The notes: generated by a model not told the origin, from the sequence alone. A DNA stretch of 64,000 bases from Auanema rhodensis (GCA_964057225.1 OZ059895.1:20894001-20958000), one strand, 5' to 3'. Positions 29,084 to 44,200 are shown, counted from the stretch's first letter. Translations and numbers: made by a program.

Positions 29084-29295
29084 TTCCATGTTAGTCTAAA
29101 AACAAATTTTTATTGATAATGGTGCATGGCAACCATGACTTTGAAATTTACGTGAACTTTAATTTATGCTAATTAAGTGTACACATGATGTGCGCTTGGT
29201 ATGTAACTCGCTTCACGTGAAAGATAAAGAGATGCGGTTTTAAAAATTAGATTCCCCATTTCCATGTTAGTCTAAAAACAAATTTTTATTGATAT

Positions 29296-32200
29296 TGGTG
29301 CATGGTAACCATGACTTTGAAATTTACGTGAACTTTAATTTATGCTAATTAAGTGTACACGTGATGTGCACTTGGTATGTAACTCGCTTCACGTCAAAGA
29401 TAAAGAGATGCGGTTTTCAAAATTAGATTCCCCATGTCCATATTAGTCTAAAAACAAATTTTTATTAATATTGGTGCATGGTAACCATGACTTTGAAATC
29501 TACGTGAACTTTAATTTATGCTAATTAAGTGTACACATGATGTGCACTTGGTATGTAACTCGCTTCACGTGAAAGATGAAGAGATGCGGTTTTCAAAATT
29601 AGGTTCCTCATGTCCATATTAATCTAAAAACGAATTTTTATTGATATTGGTGCATGGTAACCATGACTTTGAAATTTACGTGAACTTTAATTTATGAAAA
29701 TTAAGTGTACACATGATGTGCACTTGGTATGTAACTCGCTTCACGTGAAAGATAAAGGGATGCGGTTTTCAAAATTAGATTCCCCATGTCCATATTAGTC
29801 TAAAAACAAATTTTTATTGATATTGGTGCATGGTAACCATGACTTTGAAATTTACGTGAACTTTAATTTATGCTAATTAAGTGTACACGTGATGTGCACT
29901 TGGTATGTAACTCGCTTCACGTGAAAGATAAAGGGATGCGGTTTTCAAAATTAGATTCCCCATGTCCATATTAGTCTAAAAACAAATTTTTATTGATATT
30001 GGTGCATGGTAACCATGACTTTGAAATTTACGTGAACTTTAATTTATGAAAATTAAGTGTACACATGATGTGCACTTGGTATGTAACTCGCTTCACGTGA
30101 AAGATGAAGAGATGCGGTTTTCAAAATTAGATTCCCCATTTCCATATTAGTCTAAAAACAAATTTTTATTGATATTGGTGCATGGTAACCATGACTTTGA
30201 AATTTACGTGAACTTTAATTTATGCTAATTAAGTGTACACATGATGTGCACTTGGTATGTAACTCGCTTCACGTCAAAGATAATGAGATGCGGTTTTCAA
30301 AATTAGATTCCCCATGTCCATATTAGTCTAAAAACAAATTTTTATTAATATTGGTGCATGGTAACCATGACTTTGAAATTTACGTGAACTTTAATTTATG
30401 CTAATTAAGTGTACACATGATGTGCACTTGGTATGTAACTCGCTTCACGTGAAAGATGAAGAGATGCGGTTTTCAAAATTAGGTTCCTCATGTCCATATT
30501 AGTCTAAAAACGAATTTTTATTGATATTGGTGCATGGTAACCATGACTTTGAAATTTACGTGAACTTTAATTTATGCTTATTAAGTGTACACGTGATGTG
30601 CACTTGGTATGTAACTCGCTTCATGTGAAAGATAAAGGGATGCGGTTTTCAAAATTAGATTCCCCATGTCCATATTAGTCTAAAAACCAATTTTTATTAA
30701 TATTGGTGCATGGTAACCATGACTTTGAAATTTACGTGAACTTTACTTTATGCTAATTAAGTGTACACATGATGTGCACTTGGTATGTAACTCGCTTCAC
30801 GTGAAAGATGAAGAGATGCGGTTTTCAAAATTAGGTTCCTCATGTCCATATTAGTCTAAAAACGAATTTTTATTGATATTGGTGCATGGTAACCATGACT
30901 TTGAAATTTACGTGAACTTTAATTTATGCTTATTAAGTGTACACGTGATGTGCACTTGGTATGTAACTCGCTTCACGTGAAAGATGAAGAGATGCGGTTT
31001 TCAAAATTAGGTTCCTCATGTCCATATTAGTCTAAAAACGAATTTTTATTAATATTGGTGCATGGTAACCATGACTTTGAAATTTACGTGAACTTTAATT
31101 TATGCTAATTAAGTGTACACATGATGTGCACTTGGTATGTAACTCGCTTCACGTGAAAGATGAAGAGATGCGGTTTTCAAAATTAGATTCCTCATGTCCA
31201 TATTAGTCTAAAAACGAATTTTTATCGATATTGGTGCATGGTAACCATGACTTTGACATTTACGTGAACTTTAATTTATGCTTATTAAGTGTACACGTGA
31301 TGTGCACTTGGTATGTAACTCGCTTCACGTGAAAGATAAAGAGATGCGGTTTTCAAAATTAGATTCCCCATGTCCATATTAGTCTAAAAACAAATTTTTA
31401 TTAATATTGGTGCATGGTAACCATGACTTTGAAATTTACGTGAACTTTAATTTATGCTTATTAAGTGTACACGTGATGTGCACTTGGTATGTAACTCGCT
31501 TCACGTGAAAGATAAAGAGATGCGGTTTTCAAAATTAGATTCCCCATGTCCATATTAGTCTAAAAACAAATTTTTATTGATATTGGTGCATGGTAACCAT
31601 GACTTTGAAATTTACGTGAACTTCAATTTATGCTAATTAAGTGTACACGTAATGTGCACTTGGTATGTAACTCGCTTCACGTCAAAGATAAAGCGATGCG
31701 GTTTTCCAAATTAGATTCCCCATGTCCATATTAGTCTAAAAACAAATTTTTATTAATATTGGTGCATGGTAACCATAACTTTGAAATTTACGTGAACTTT
31801 AATTTATGCTAATTAAGTGTACACATGATGTGCACTTGGTATGTAACTCGCTTCACGTGAAAGATGAAGAGATGCGGTTTTCAAAATTAGATTCCCCATT
31901 TCCATATTAGTCTAAAAACAAATTTTTATTGATATTGGTGCATGGTAACCATGACTTTGAAATTTACGTGAACTTTAATTTATGCTAATTAAGTGTACAC
32001 ATGATGTGCACTTGGTATGTAACTCGCTTCACGTCAAAGATAAAGAGATGCGGTTTTCAAAATTAGATTCCCCATTTCCATATTAGTCTAAAAACAAATT
32101 TTTATTGATATTGGTGCATGGTAACCATGACTTTGAAATTTACGTGAACTTTAATTTATGCTAATTAAGTGTACACATGATGTGCACTTGGTATGTAACT

Positions 32201-35200
32201 CGCTTCACGTCAAAGATAAAGAGATGCGGTTTTCAAAATTAGATTCCCCATGTCCATATTAGTCTAAAAACAAATTTTTATTAATATTGGTGCATGGTAA
32301 CCATGACTTTGAAATTTACGTGAACTTTAATTTATGCTAATTAAGTGTACACATGATGTGCACTTGGTATGTAACTCGCTTCACGTGAAAGATAAAGGGA
32401 TGCGGTTTTCAAAATTAGATTCCCCATGTCCATATTAGTCTAAAAACAAATTTTTATTAATATTGGTGCATGGTAACCATGACTTTGAAATTTACGTGAA
32501 CTTTAATTTATGAAAATTAAGTGTACACATGATGTGCACTTGGTATGTAACTCGCTTCACGTGAAAGATGAAGAGATGCGGTTTTCAAAATTAGATTCCC
32601 CATTTCCATATTAGTCTAAAAACAAATTTTTATTGATATTGGTGCATGGTAACCATGACTTTGAAATTTACGTGAACTTTAATTTATGCTAATTAAGTGT
32701 ACACATGATGTGAACTTGGTATGTAACTCGCTTCACGTCAAAGATAAAGAGATGCGGTTTTCAAAATTAGATTCCCCATGTCCATATTAGTCTAAAAACA
32801 AATTTTTATTAATATTGGTGCATGGTAACCATGACTTTGAAATTTACGTGAACTTTAATTTATGCTAATTAAGTGTACACATGATGTGCACTTGGTATGT
32901 AACTCGCTTCACGTCAAAGATAAAGAGATGCGGTTTTCAAAATTAGATTCCCCATGTCCATATTATTCTAAAAACAAATTTTTATTAATATTGGTGCATG
33001 GTAACCATGACTTTGAAATTTACGTGAACTTTAATTTATGCTAATTAAGTGTACACGTGATGTGCACTTGGTATGTAACTCGCTTCACGTCAAAGATAAA
33101 GAGATGCGGTTTTCAAAATTAGGTTCCCCATGTCCATATTAGTCTAAAAACAAATTTTTATTAATATTGGTGCATGGTAACCATGACTTTGAAATTTACG
33201 TGAACTTTAATTTATGCTAATTAAGTGTACACATGATGTGCACTTGGTATGTAACTCGCTTCACGTGAAAGATGAAGAGATGCGGTTTTCAAAATTAGAT
33301 TCCCCATTTCCATATTAGTCTAAAAACAAATTTTTATTGATATTGGTGCATGGTAACCATGACTTTGAAATTTACGTGAACTTTAATTTATGCTAATTAA
33401 GTGTACACATGATGTGCACTTGGTATGTAACTCGCTTCACGTCAAAGATAAAGAGATGCGGTTTTCAAAATTAGATTCGACATTTCCATATTAGTCTAAA
33501 AACAAATTTTTATTGATATTGGTGCATGGTAACCATGACTTTGAAATTTACGTGAACTTTAATTTATGCTAATTAAGTGTACACATGATGTGCACTTGGT
33601 ATGTAACTCGCTTCACGTCAAAGATAAAGAGATGCGGTTTTCAAAATTAGATTCCCCATGTCCATATTAGTCTAAAAACAAATTTTTATTAATATTGGTG
33701 CATGGTAACCATGACTTTGAAATTTACGTGAACTTTAATTTATGCTAATTAAGTGTACACATGATGTGCACTTGGTATGTAACTCGCTTCACGTGAAAGA
33801 TGAAGAGATGCGGTTTTCAAAATTAGGTTCCTCATGTCCATATTAGTCTAAAAACGAATTTTTATTAATATTGGTGCATGGTAACCATGACTTTGAAATT
33901 TACGTGAACTTTAATTTATGCTAATTAAGTGTACACATGATGTGCACTTGGTATGTAACTCGCTTCACGTCAAAGATAAAGAGATGCGGTTTTCAAAATT
34001 AGATTCGACATTTCCATATTAGTCTAAAAACAAATTTTTATTGATATTGGTGCATGGTAACCATGACTTTGAAATTTACGTGAACTTTAATTTATGCTAA
34101 TTAAGTGTACACATGATGTGCACTTGGTATGTAACTCGCTTCACGTCAAAGATAAAGAGATGCGGTTTTCAAAATTAGATTCCCCATGTCCATATTAGTC
34201 TAAAATTAAATTTTTATTAATATTGGTGCATGGTAACCATGACTTTGAAATTTACGTGAACTTTAATTTATGCTAATTAAGTGTACACATGATGTGCACT
34301 TGGTATGTAACTCGCTTCACGTGAAAGATGAAGAGATGCGGTTTTCAAAATTAGGTTCCTCATGTCCATATTAGTCTAAAAACGAATTTTTATTGATATT
34401 GGTGCATGGTAACCATGACTTTGAAATTTACGTGAACTTTAATTTATGCTTATTAAGTGTACACGTGATGTGCACTTGGTATGTAACTCGCTTCACGTGA
34501 AAGATAAAGGGATGCGGTTTTCAAAATTAGATTCCCCATGTCCATATTAGTCTAAAAACAAATTTTTATTGATATTGGTGCATGGTAACCATGACTTTGA
34601 AATTTACGTGAACTTTAATTTATGAAAATTAAGTGTACACATGATGTGCACTTGGTATGTAACTCGCTTCACGTGAAAGATGAAGAGATGCGGTTTTCAA
34701 AATTAGATTCCCCATTTCCATATTAGTCTAAAAACAAATTTTTATTGATATTGGTGCATGGTAACCATGACTTTGAAATTTACGTGAACTTTATTTTATG
34801 CTAATTAAGTGTACACATGATGTGAACTTGGTATGTAACTCGCTTCACGTCAAAGATAAAGAGATGCGGTTTTCAAAATTAGATTCCCCATGTCCATATT
34901 AGTCTAAAAACAAATTTTTATTAATATTGGTGCATGGTAACCATGACTTTGAAATTTACGTGAACTTTAATTTATGCTAATTAAGTGTACACATGATGTG
35001 CACTTGGTATGTAACTCGCTTCACGTCAAAGATAAAGAGATGCGGTTTTCAAAATTAGATTCCCCATGTCCATATTAGTCTAAAAACAAATTTTTATTAA
35101 TATTGGTGCATGGTAACCATGACTTTGAAATTTACGTGAACTTTAATTTATGCTAATTAAGTGTACACATGATGTGCACTTGGTATGTAACTCGCTTCAC

Positions 35201-37899
35201 GTGAAAGATGAAGAGATGCGGTTTTCAAAATTTGATTCCTCATGTCCATATTAGTCTAAAAACGAATTTTTATCGATATTGGTGCATGGTAACCATGACT
35301 TTGAAATTTACGTGAACTTTAATTTATGCTAATTAAGTGTACACATGATGTGCGCTTGGTATGTAACTCGCTTCACGTGAAAGATAAAGAGATGCGGTTT
35401 TCAAAATTAGATTCCCCATTTCCATATTAGTCTAAAAACAAATTTTTATTGATATTGGTGCATGGCAACCATGACTTTGAAATTTACGTGAACTTTAATT
35501 TATGCTAATTAAGTGTACACATGATGTGCGCTTGGTATGTAACTCGCTTCACGTGAAAGATAAAGAGATGCGGTTTTAAAAATTAGATTCCCCATTTCCA
35601 TGTTAGTCTAAAAACAAATTTTTATTGATAATGGTGCATGGCAACCATGACTTTAAAATTTACGTGAACTTCAATTTATGCTAATTAAGTGTACACATGA
35701 TGTGCACTTGGTATGTAACTCGCTTCACGTGAAAGATGAAGAGATGCGGTTTTCAAAATTTGATTCCTCATGTCCATATTAGTCTAAAAACGAATTTTTA
35801 TCGATATTGGTGCATGGTAACCATGACTTTGAAATTTACGTGAACTTTAATTTATGCTAATTAAGTGTACACATGATGTGCGCTTGGTATGTAACTCGCT
35901 TCACGTGAAAGATAAAGAGATGCGGTTTTCAAAATTAGATTCCCCATTTCCATATTAGTCTAAAAACAAATTTTTATTGATATTGGTGCATGGCAACCAT
36001 GACTTTAAAATTTACGTGAACTTTAATTTATGCTAATTAAGTGTACACATGATGTGCACTTGGTATGTAACTCGCTTCACGTCAAAGATAAAGAGATGCG
36101 GTTTTCAAAATTAGATTCCCCATGTCCATATTAGTCTAAAAACAAATTTTTATTAATATTGGTGCATGGTAACCATGACTTAGAAATTTACGTGAACTTT
36201 AATTTATGCTAATTAAGTGTACACATGATGTGCACTTGGTATGTAACTCGCTTCACGTGAAAGATGAAGAGATGCGGTTTTCAAAATTAGATTCCTCATG
36301 TCCATATTAGTCTAAAAACGAATTTTTATTGATATTGGTGCATGGTAACCATGACTTTGAAATTTACGTGAACTTTAATTTATGCTTATTAAGTGTACAC
36401 GTGATGTGCACTCGGTATGTAACTCGCTTCACGTGAAAGATAAAGGGATGCTGTTTTCAAAATTAGATTCCCCATGTCCATATTAGTCTAAAAACAAATT
36501 TTTATTGATATTGGTGCATGGTAACCATGACTTTGAAATTTACGTGAACTTTAATTTATGCTAATTAAGTGTACACATGATTTGCACTTGGTATGTAACT
36601 CGCTTCACGTGAAAGATGAAGAGATGCGGTTTTCAAAATTAGATTCCCCATGTCCATATTAGTCTAAAAACAAATTTTTATTGATATTGGTGCATGGTAA
36701 CCATGACTTTGAAATTTACGTGAACTTTAATTTATGCTAATTAAGTGTACACATGATGTGCACTTGGTATGTAACTCGCTTCACGTCAAAGATAAAGAGA
36801 TGCGGTTTTCAAAATTAGATTCCCCATGTCCATATTAGTCTAAAAACAAATTTTTATTAATATTGGTGCATGGTAACCATGACTTTGAAATTTACGTGAA
36901 CTTTAATTTATGAACTTTAATTTTTAAATTTATTAAGTGTACACATGATGTGAACTTGGTATGTAACTCGCTTCACGTCAAAGATAAAGAGATGCGGTTT
37001 TCAAAATTAGATTCCCCATTTCCATATTAGTCTAAAAACAAATTTTTATTGATATTGGTGCATGGCAACCATGACTTTAAAATTTACGTGAACTTTAATT
37101 TATGCTAATTAAGTGTACACATGATGTGCACTTGGTATGTAACTCGCTTCACGTCAAAGATAAAGAGATGCGGTTTTCAAAATTAGATTCCCCATGTCCA
37201 TATTAGTCTAAAAACGAATTTTTATTGATATTGGTGCATGGTAACCATGACTTTGAAATTTACGTGAACTTTAATTTATGCTTATTAAGTGTACACGTGA
37301 TGTGCACTTGGTATGTAACTCGCTTCACGTGAAAGATAAAGGGATGCGGTTTTCAAAATTAGATTCCCCATGTCCATATTAGTCTAAAAACAAATTTTTA
37401 TTGATATTGGTGCATGGTAACCATGACTTTGAAATTTACGTGAACTTTAATTTATGCTAATTATGTGTACACATGATGTGCACTTGGTATGTAACTCGCT
37501 TCACGTGAAAGATGAAGAGATGCGGTTTTCAAAATTAGATTCCCCATGTCCATATTAGTCTAAAAACAAATTTTTATTAATATTGGTGCATGGTAACCAT
37601 GACTTTGAAATTTACGTGAACTTTAATTTATGCTAATTAAGTGTACACATGATGTGCACTTGGTATGTAACTCGCTTCACGTGAAAGATAAAGAGATGCG
37701 GTTTTCAAAATTAGATTCCCCATGTCCATATTAGTCTAAAAACAAATTTTTATTGATATTGGTGCATGGTAACCATGACTTTGAAATTTACGTGAACTTT
37801 AATTTATGCTTATTAAGTGTACACGTGATGTGCACTTGGTATGTAACTCGCTTCACGTGAAAGATAAAGGGATGCGGTTTTCAAAATTAGATTCCCCAT
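29296..37899. repeat. Large higher-order block, copy 2 (about 49 monomers)
   Basis: Offsets to copy 1 step from 11296 to 11472 to 11648 (two extra monomers in copy 2). They then drop to 8816 after the 16-mer, which is present only once here (ATTATGTG at 28641/37457). Confidence 0.9.
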
Positions 37900-38211
37900 G
37901 TCCATATTAGTCTAAAAACAAATTTTTATTGATATTGGTGCATGGTAACCATGACTTTGAAATTTACGTGAACTTTAATTTATGCTAATTAAGTGTACAC
38001 ATGATGTGCACTTGGTATGTAACTCGCTTCACGTGAAAGATGAAGAGATGCGGTTTTCAAAATTAGATTCCCCATGTCCATATTAGTCTAAAAACAAATT
38101 TTTATTGATATTGGTGCATGGTAACCATGACTTTGAAATTTACGTGAACTTCAATTTATGCTAATTAAGTGTACACATGATGTGCACTTGGTATGTAACT
38201 CGCTTCACGTC

Positions 38212-41200
38212 AAAGATAAAGAGATGCGGTTTTCAAAATTAGATTCCCCATGTCCATATTAGTCTAAAAACAAATTTTTATTAATATTGGTGCATGGTAA
38301 CCATGACTTTGAAATTTACGTGAACTTTAATTTATGCTAATTAAGTGTACACATGATGTGAACTTGGTATGTAACTTGCTTCACGTCAAAGATAAAGAGA
38401 TGCGGTTTTCAAAATTAGATTCCCCATTTCCATATTAGTCTAAAAACAAATTTTTATTGATATTGGTGCATGGCAACCATGACTTTAAAATTTACGTGAA
38501 CTTTAATTTATGCTAATTAAGTGTACACATGATGTGCACTTGGTATGTAACTCGCTTCACGTCAAAGATAAAGAGATGCGGTTTTCAAAATTAGATTCCT
38601 CATGTCCATATTAGTCTAAAAACGAATTTTTATTGATATTGGTGCATGGTAACCATGACTTTGAAATTTACGTGAACTTTAATTTATGCTAATTAAGTGT
38701 ACACATGATGTGCACTTGGTATGTAACTCGCTTCACGTGAAAGATGAAGAGATGCGGTTTTCAAAATTAGATTCCTCATGTCCATATTAGTCTAAAAACG
38801 AATTTTTATTGATATTGGTGCATGGTAACCATGACTTTGAAATTTACGTGAACTTTAATTTATGCTTATTAAGTGTACACGTGATGTGCACTTGGTATGT
38901 AACTCGCTTCACGTGAAAGATAAAGGAATGCGGTTTTCAAAATTAGATTCCCCATGTCCATATTAGTCTAAAAACAAATTTTTATTGATATTGGTGCATG
39001 GTAACCATGACTTTGAAATTTACGTGAACTTTAATTTATGCTAATTAAGTGTACACATGATGTGCACTTGGTATGTAACTCGCTTCACGTGAAAGATGAA
39101 GAGATGCGGTTTTCAAAATTAGATTCCCCATGTCCATATTAGTCTAAAAACAAATTTTTATTGATATTGGTGCATGGTAACCATGACTTTGAAATTTACG
39201 TGAACTTTAATTTATGCTAATTAAGTGTACACATGATGTGCACTTGGTATGTAACTCGCTTCACGTCAAAGATAAAGAGATGCGGTTTTCAAAATTAGAT
39301 TCCCCATGTCCATATTAGTCTAAAAACAAATTTTTATTAATATTGGTGCATGGTAACCATGACTTTGAAATTTACGTGAACTTTAATTTATGCTAATTAA
39401 GTGTACACATGATGTGCACTTGGTATGTAACTCGCTTCACGTGAAAGATGAAGAGATGCGGTTTTCAAAATTAGATTCCTCATGTCCATATTAGTCTAAA
39501 AACGAATTTTTATCGATATTGGTGCATGGTTACCATGACTTTGAAATTTACGTGAACTTTAATTTATGCTAATTAAGTGTACACATGATGTGCGCTTGGT
39601 ATGTAACTCGCTTCACGTGAAAGATAAAGAGATGCGGTTTTCAAAATTAGATTCCCCATTTCCATATTAGTCTAAAAACAAATTTTTATTGATATTGGTG
39701 CATGGCAACCATGACTTTAAAATTTACGTGAACTTTAATTTATGCTAATTAAGTGTACACATGATGTGCACTTGGTATGTAACTCGCTTCACGTCAAAGA
39801 TAAAGAGATGCGGTTTTCAAAATTAGATTCCCCATGTCCATATTAGTCTAAAAACAAATTTTTATTAATATTGGTGCATGGTAACCATGACTTTGAAATT
39901 TACGTGAACTTTAATTTATGCTAATTAAGTGTACACATGATGTGCACTTGGTATGTAACTCGCTTCACGTGAAAGATAAAGAGATGCGGTTTTCAAAATT
40001 AGATTCCCCATTTCCATATTAGTCTAAAAACAAATTTTTATTGATATTGGTGCATGGCAACCATGACTTTAAAATTTACGTGAACTTTAATTTATGCTAA
40101 TTAAGTGTACACATGATGTGCACTTGGTATGTAACTCGCTTCACGTCAAAGATAAAGAGATGCGGTTTTCAAAATTAGATTCCCCATGTCCATATTAGTC
40201 TAAAAACAAATTTTTATTAATATTGGTGCATGGTAACCATGACTTTGAAATTTACGTGAACTTTAATTTATGCTAATTAAGTGTACACATGATGTGCACT
40301 TGGTATGTAACTCGCTTCACGTGAAAGATGAAGAGATGCGGTTTTCAAAATTAGATTCCTCATGTCCATATTAGTCTAAAAACGAATTTTTATTGATATT
40401 GGTGCATGGTAACCATGACTTTGAAATTTACGTGAACTTTAATTTATGCTTATTAAGTGTACACGTGATGTGCACTTGGTATGTAACTCGCTTCACGTGA
40501 AAGATAAAGGGATGCGGTTTTCAAAATTAGATTCCCCATGTCCATATTAGTCTAAAAACAGATTTTTATTGATATTGGTGCATGGTAACCATGACTTTGA
40601 AATTTACGTGAACTTTAATTTATGCTAATTAAGTGTACACATGATGTGCACTTGGTATGTAACTCGCTTCACGTGAAAGATGAAGAGATGCGGTTTTCAA
40701 AATTAGATTCCCCATTTCCATATTAGTCTAAAAACAAATTTTTATTGATATGGGTGCATGGTAACCATGACTTTGAAATTTACGTGAACTTTAATTTATG
40801 CTAATTAAGTGTACACATGATGTGCGCTTGGTATGTAACTCGCTTCACGTGAAAGATAAAGAGATGCGGTTTTCAAAATTAGATTCCCCATTTCCATGTT
40901 AGTCTAAAAACAAATTTTTGTTGATATTGGTGCATGGCAACCATGACTTTAAAATTTACGTGAACTTTAATTTATGCTAATTAAGTGTACACATGATGTG
41001 CACTTGGTATGTAACTCGCTTCACGTCAAAGATAAAGAGATGCGGTTTTCAAAATTAGATTCCCCATGTCCATATTAGTCTAAAAACAAATTTTTATTAA
41101 TATTGGTGCATGGTAACCATGACTTTGAAATTTACGTGAACTTTAATTTATGCTAATTAAGTGTACACATGATGTGCACTTGGTATGTAACTCGCTTCAC

Positions 41201-44200
41201 GTGAAAGATGAAGAGATGCGGTTTTCAAAATTAGATTCCCCATTTCCATATTAGTCTAAAAACGAATTTTTATCGATATTGGTGCATGGTAACCATGACT
41301 TTGAAATTTACGTGAACTTTAATTTATGCTAATTAAGTGTACACATGATGTGCACTTGGTATGTAACTCGCTTCACGTGAAAGATAAAGAGATGCGGTTT
41401 TCAAAATTAGATTCCCCATGTCCATATTAGTCTAAAAACAAATTTTTATTAATATTGGTGCATGGTAACCATGACTTTGAAATTTACGTGAACTTTAATT
41501 TATGCTAATTAAGTGTACACATGATGTGAACTTGGTATGTAACTCGCTTCACGTCAAAGATAAAGAGATGCGGTTTTCAAAATTAGATTCCCCATTTCCA
41601 TATTAGTCTAAAAACAAATTTTTATTGATATTGGTGCATGGCAACCATGACTTTAAAATTTACGTGAACTTTAATTTATGCTAATTAAGTGTACACATGA
41701 TGTGCACTTGGTATGTAACTCGCTTCACGTCAAAGATAAAGAGATGCGGTTTTCAAAATTAGATTCCTCATGTCCATATTAGTCTAAAAACGAATTTTTA
41801 TTGATATTGGTGCATGGTAACCATGACTTTGAAATTTACGTGAACTTTAATTTATGCTAATTAAGTGTACACATGATGTGCACTTGGTATGTAACTCGCT
41901 TCACGTGAAAGATGAAGAGATGCGGTTTTCAAAATTAGATTCCTCATGTCCATATTAGTCTAAAAACGAATTTTTATTGATATTGGTGCATGGTAACCAT
42001 GACTTTGAAATTTACGTGAACTTTAATTTATGCTTATTAAGTGTACACGTGATGTGCACTTGGTATGTAACTCGCTTCACGTGAAAGATAAAGGAATGCG
42101 GTTTTCAAAATTAGATTCCCCATGTCCATATTAGTCTAAAAACAAATTTTTATTGATATTGGTGCATGGTAACCATGACTTTGAAATTTACGTGAACTTT
42201 AATTTATGCTAATTAAGTGTACACATGATGTGCACTTGGTATGTAACTCGCTTCACGTGAAAGATGAAGAGATGCGGTTTTCAAAATTAGATTCCCCATG
42301 TCCATATTAGTCTAAAAACAAATTTTTATTGATATTGGTGCATGGTAACCATGACTTTGAAATTTACGTGAACTTTAATTTATGCTAATTAAGTGTACAC
42401 ATGATGTGCACTTGGTATGTAACTCGCTTCACGTCAAAGATAAAGAGATGCGGTTTTCAAAATTAGATTCCCCATGTCCATATTAGTCTAAAAACAAATT
42501 TTTATTAATATTGGTGCATGGTAACCATGACTTTGAAATTTACGTGAACTTTAATTTATGCTAATTAAGTGTACACATGATGTGCACTTGGTATGTAACT
42601 CGCTTCACGTGAAAGATGAAGAGATGTGGTTTTCAAAATTAGATTCCTCATGTCCATATTAGTCTAAAAACGAATTTTTATCGATATTGGTGCATGATAA
42701 CCATGACTTTGAAATTTACGTGAACTTTAATTTATGCTAATTAAGTGTACACATGATGTGCGCTTGGTATGTAACTCGCTTCACGTGAAAGATAAAGAGA
42801 TGCGGTTTTCAAAATTAGATTCCCCATTTCCATATTAGTCTAAAAACAAATTTTTATTGATATTGGTGCATGGCAACCATGACTTTAAAATTTACGTGAA
42901 CTTTAATTTATGCTAATTAAGTGTACACATGATGTGCACTTGGTATGTAACTCGCTTCACGTCAAAGATAAAGAGATGCGGTTTTCAAAATTAGATTCCC
43001 CATGTCCATATTAGTCTAAAAACAAATTTTTATTAATATTGGTGCATGGTAACCATGACTTTGAAATTTACGTGAACTTTAATTTATGCTAATTAAGTGT
43101 ACACATGATGTGCACTTGGTATGTAACTCGCTTCACGTGAAAGATGAAGAGATGCGGTTTTCAAAATTAGATTCCTCATGTCCATATTAGTCTAAAAACG
43201 AATTTTTATTGATATTGGTGCATGGTAACCATGACTTTGAAATTTACGTGAACTTTAATTTATGCTTATTAAGTGTACACGTGATGTGCACTTGGTATGT
43301 AACTCGCTTCACGTGAAAGATAAAGGGATGCGGTTTTCAAAATTAGATTCCCCATGTCCATATTAGTCTAAAAACAAATTTTTATTAATATTGGTGCATG
43401 GTAACCATGACTTTGAAATTTACGTGAACTTTAATTTATGCTAATTAAGTGTACACATGATGTGCACTTGGTATGTAACTCGCTTCACGTGAAAGATGAA
43501 GAGATGCGGTTTTCAAAATTAGATTCCTCATGTCCATATTAGTCTAAAAACGAATTTTTATTGATATTGGTGCATGGTAACCATGACTTTGAAATTTACG
43601 TGAACTTTAATTTATGCTTATTAAGTGTACACGTGATGTGCACTTGGTATGTAACTCGCTTCACGTGAAAGATAAAGGGATGCGGTTTTCAAAATTAGAT
43701 TCCCCATGTCCATATTAGTCTAAAAACAAATTTTTATTGATATTGGTGCATGGTAACCATGACTTTGAAATTTACGTGAACTTTAATTTATGCTAATTAA
43801 GTGTACACATGATGTGCACTTGGTATGTAACTCGCTTCACGTGAAAGATGAAGAGATGCGGTTTTCAAAATTAGATTCCCCATTTCCATATTAGTCTAAA
43901 AACAAATTTTTATTGATATGGGTGCATGGTAACCATGACTTTGAAATTTACGTGAACTTTAATTTATGCTAATTAAGTGTACACATGATGTGCGCTTGGT
44001 ATGTAACTCGCTTCACGTGAAAGATAAAGAGATGCGGTTTTCAAAATTAGATTCCCCATTTCCATGTTAGTCTAAAAACAAATTTTTATTGATATTGGTG
44101 CATGGCAACCATGACTTTAAAATTTACGTGAACTTTAATTTATGCTAATTAAGTGTACACATGATGTGCACTTGGTATGTAACTCGCTTCACGTCAAAGA

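Noticed and set aside
32862-33044. Identical second 60-aa ORF
   Set aside because: It is the same SNP copied by the large duplication (offset 11648 = 66x176+32). The identity reflects recent duplication, not coding selection.
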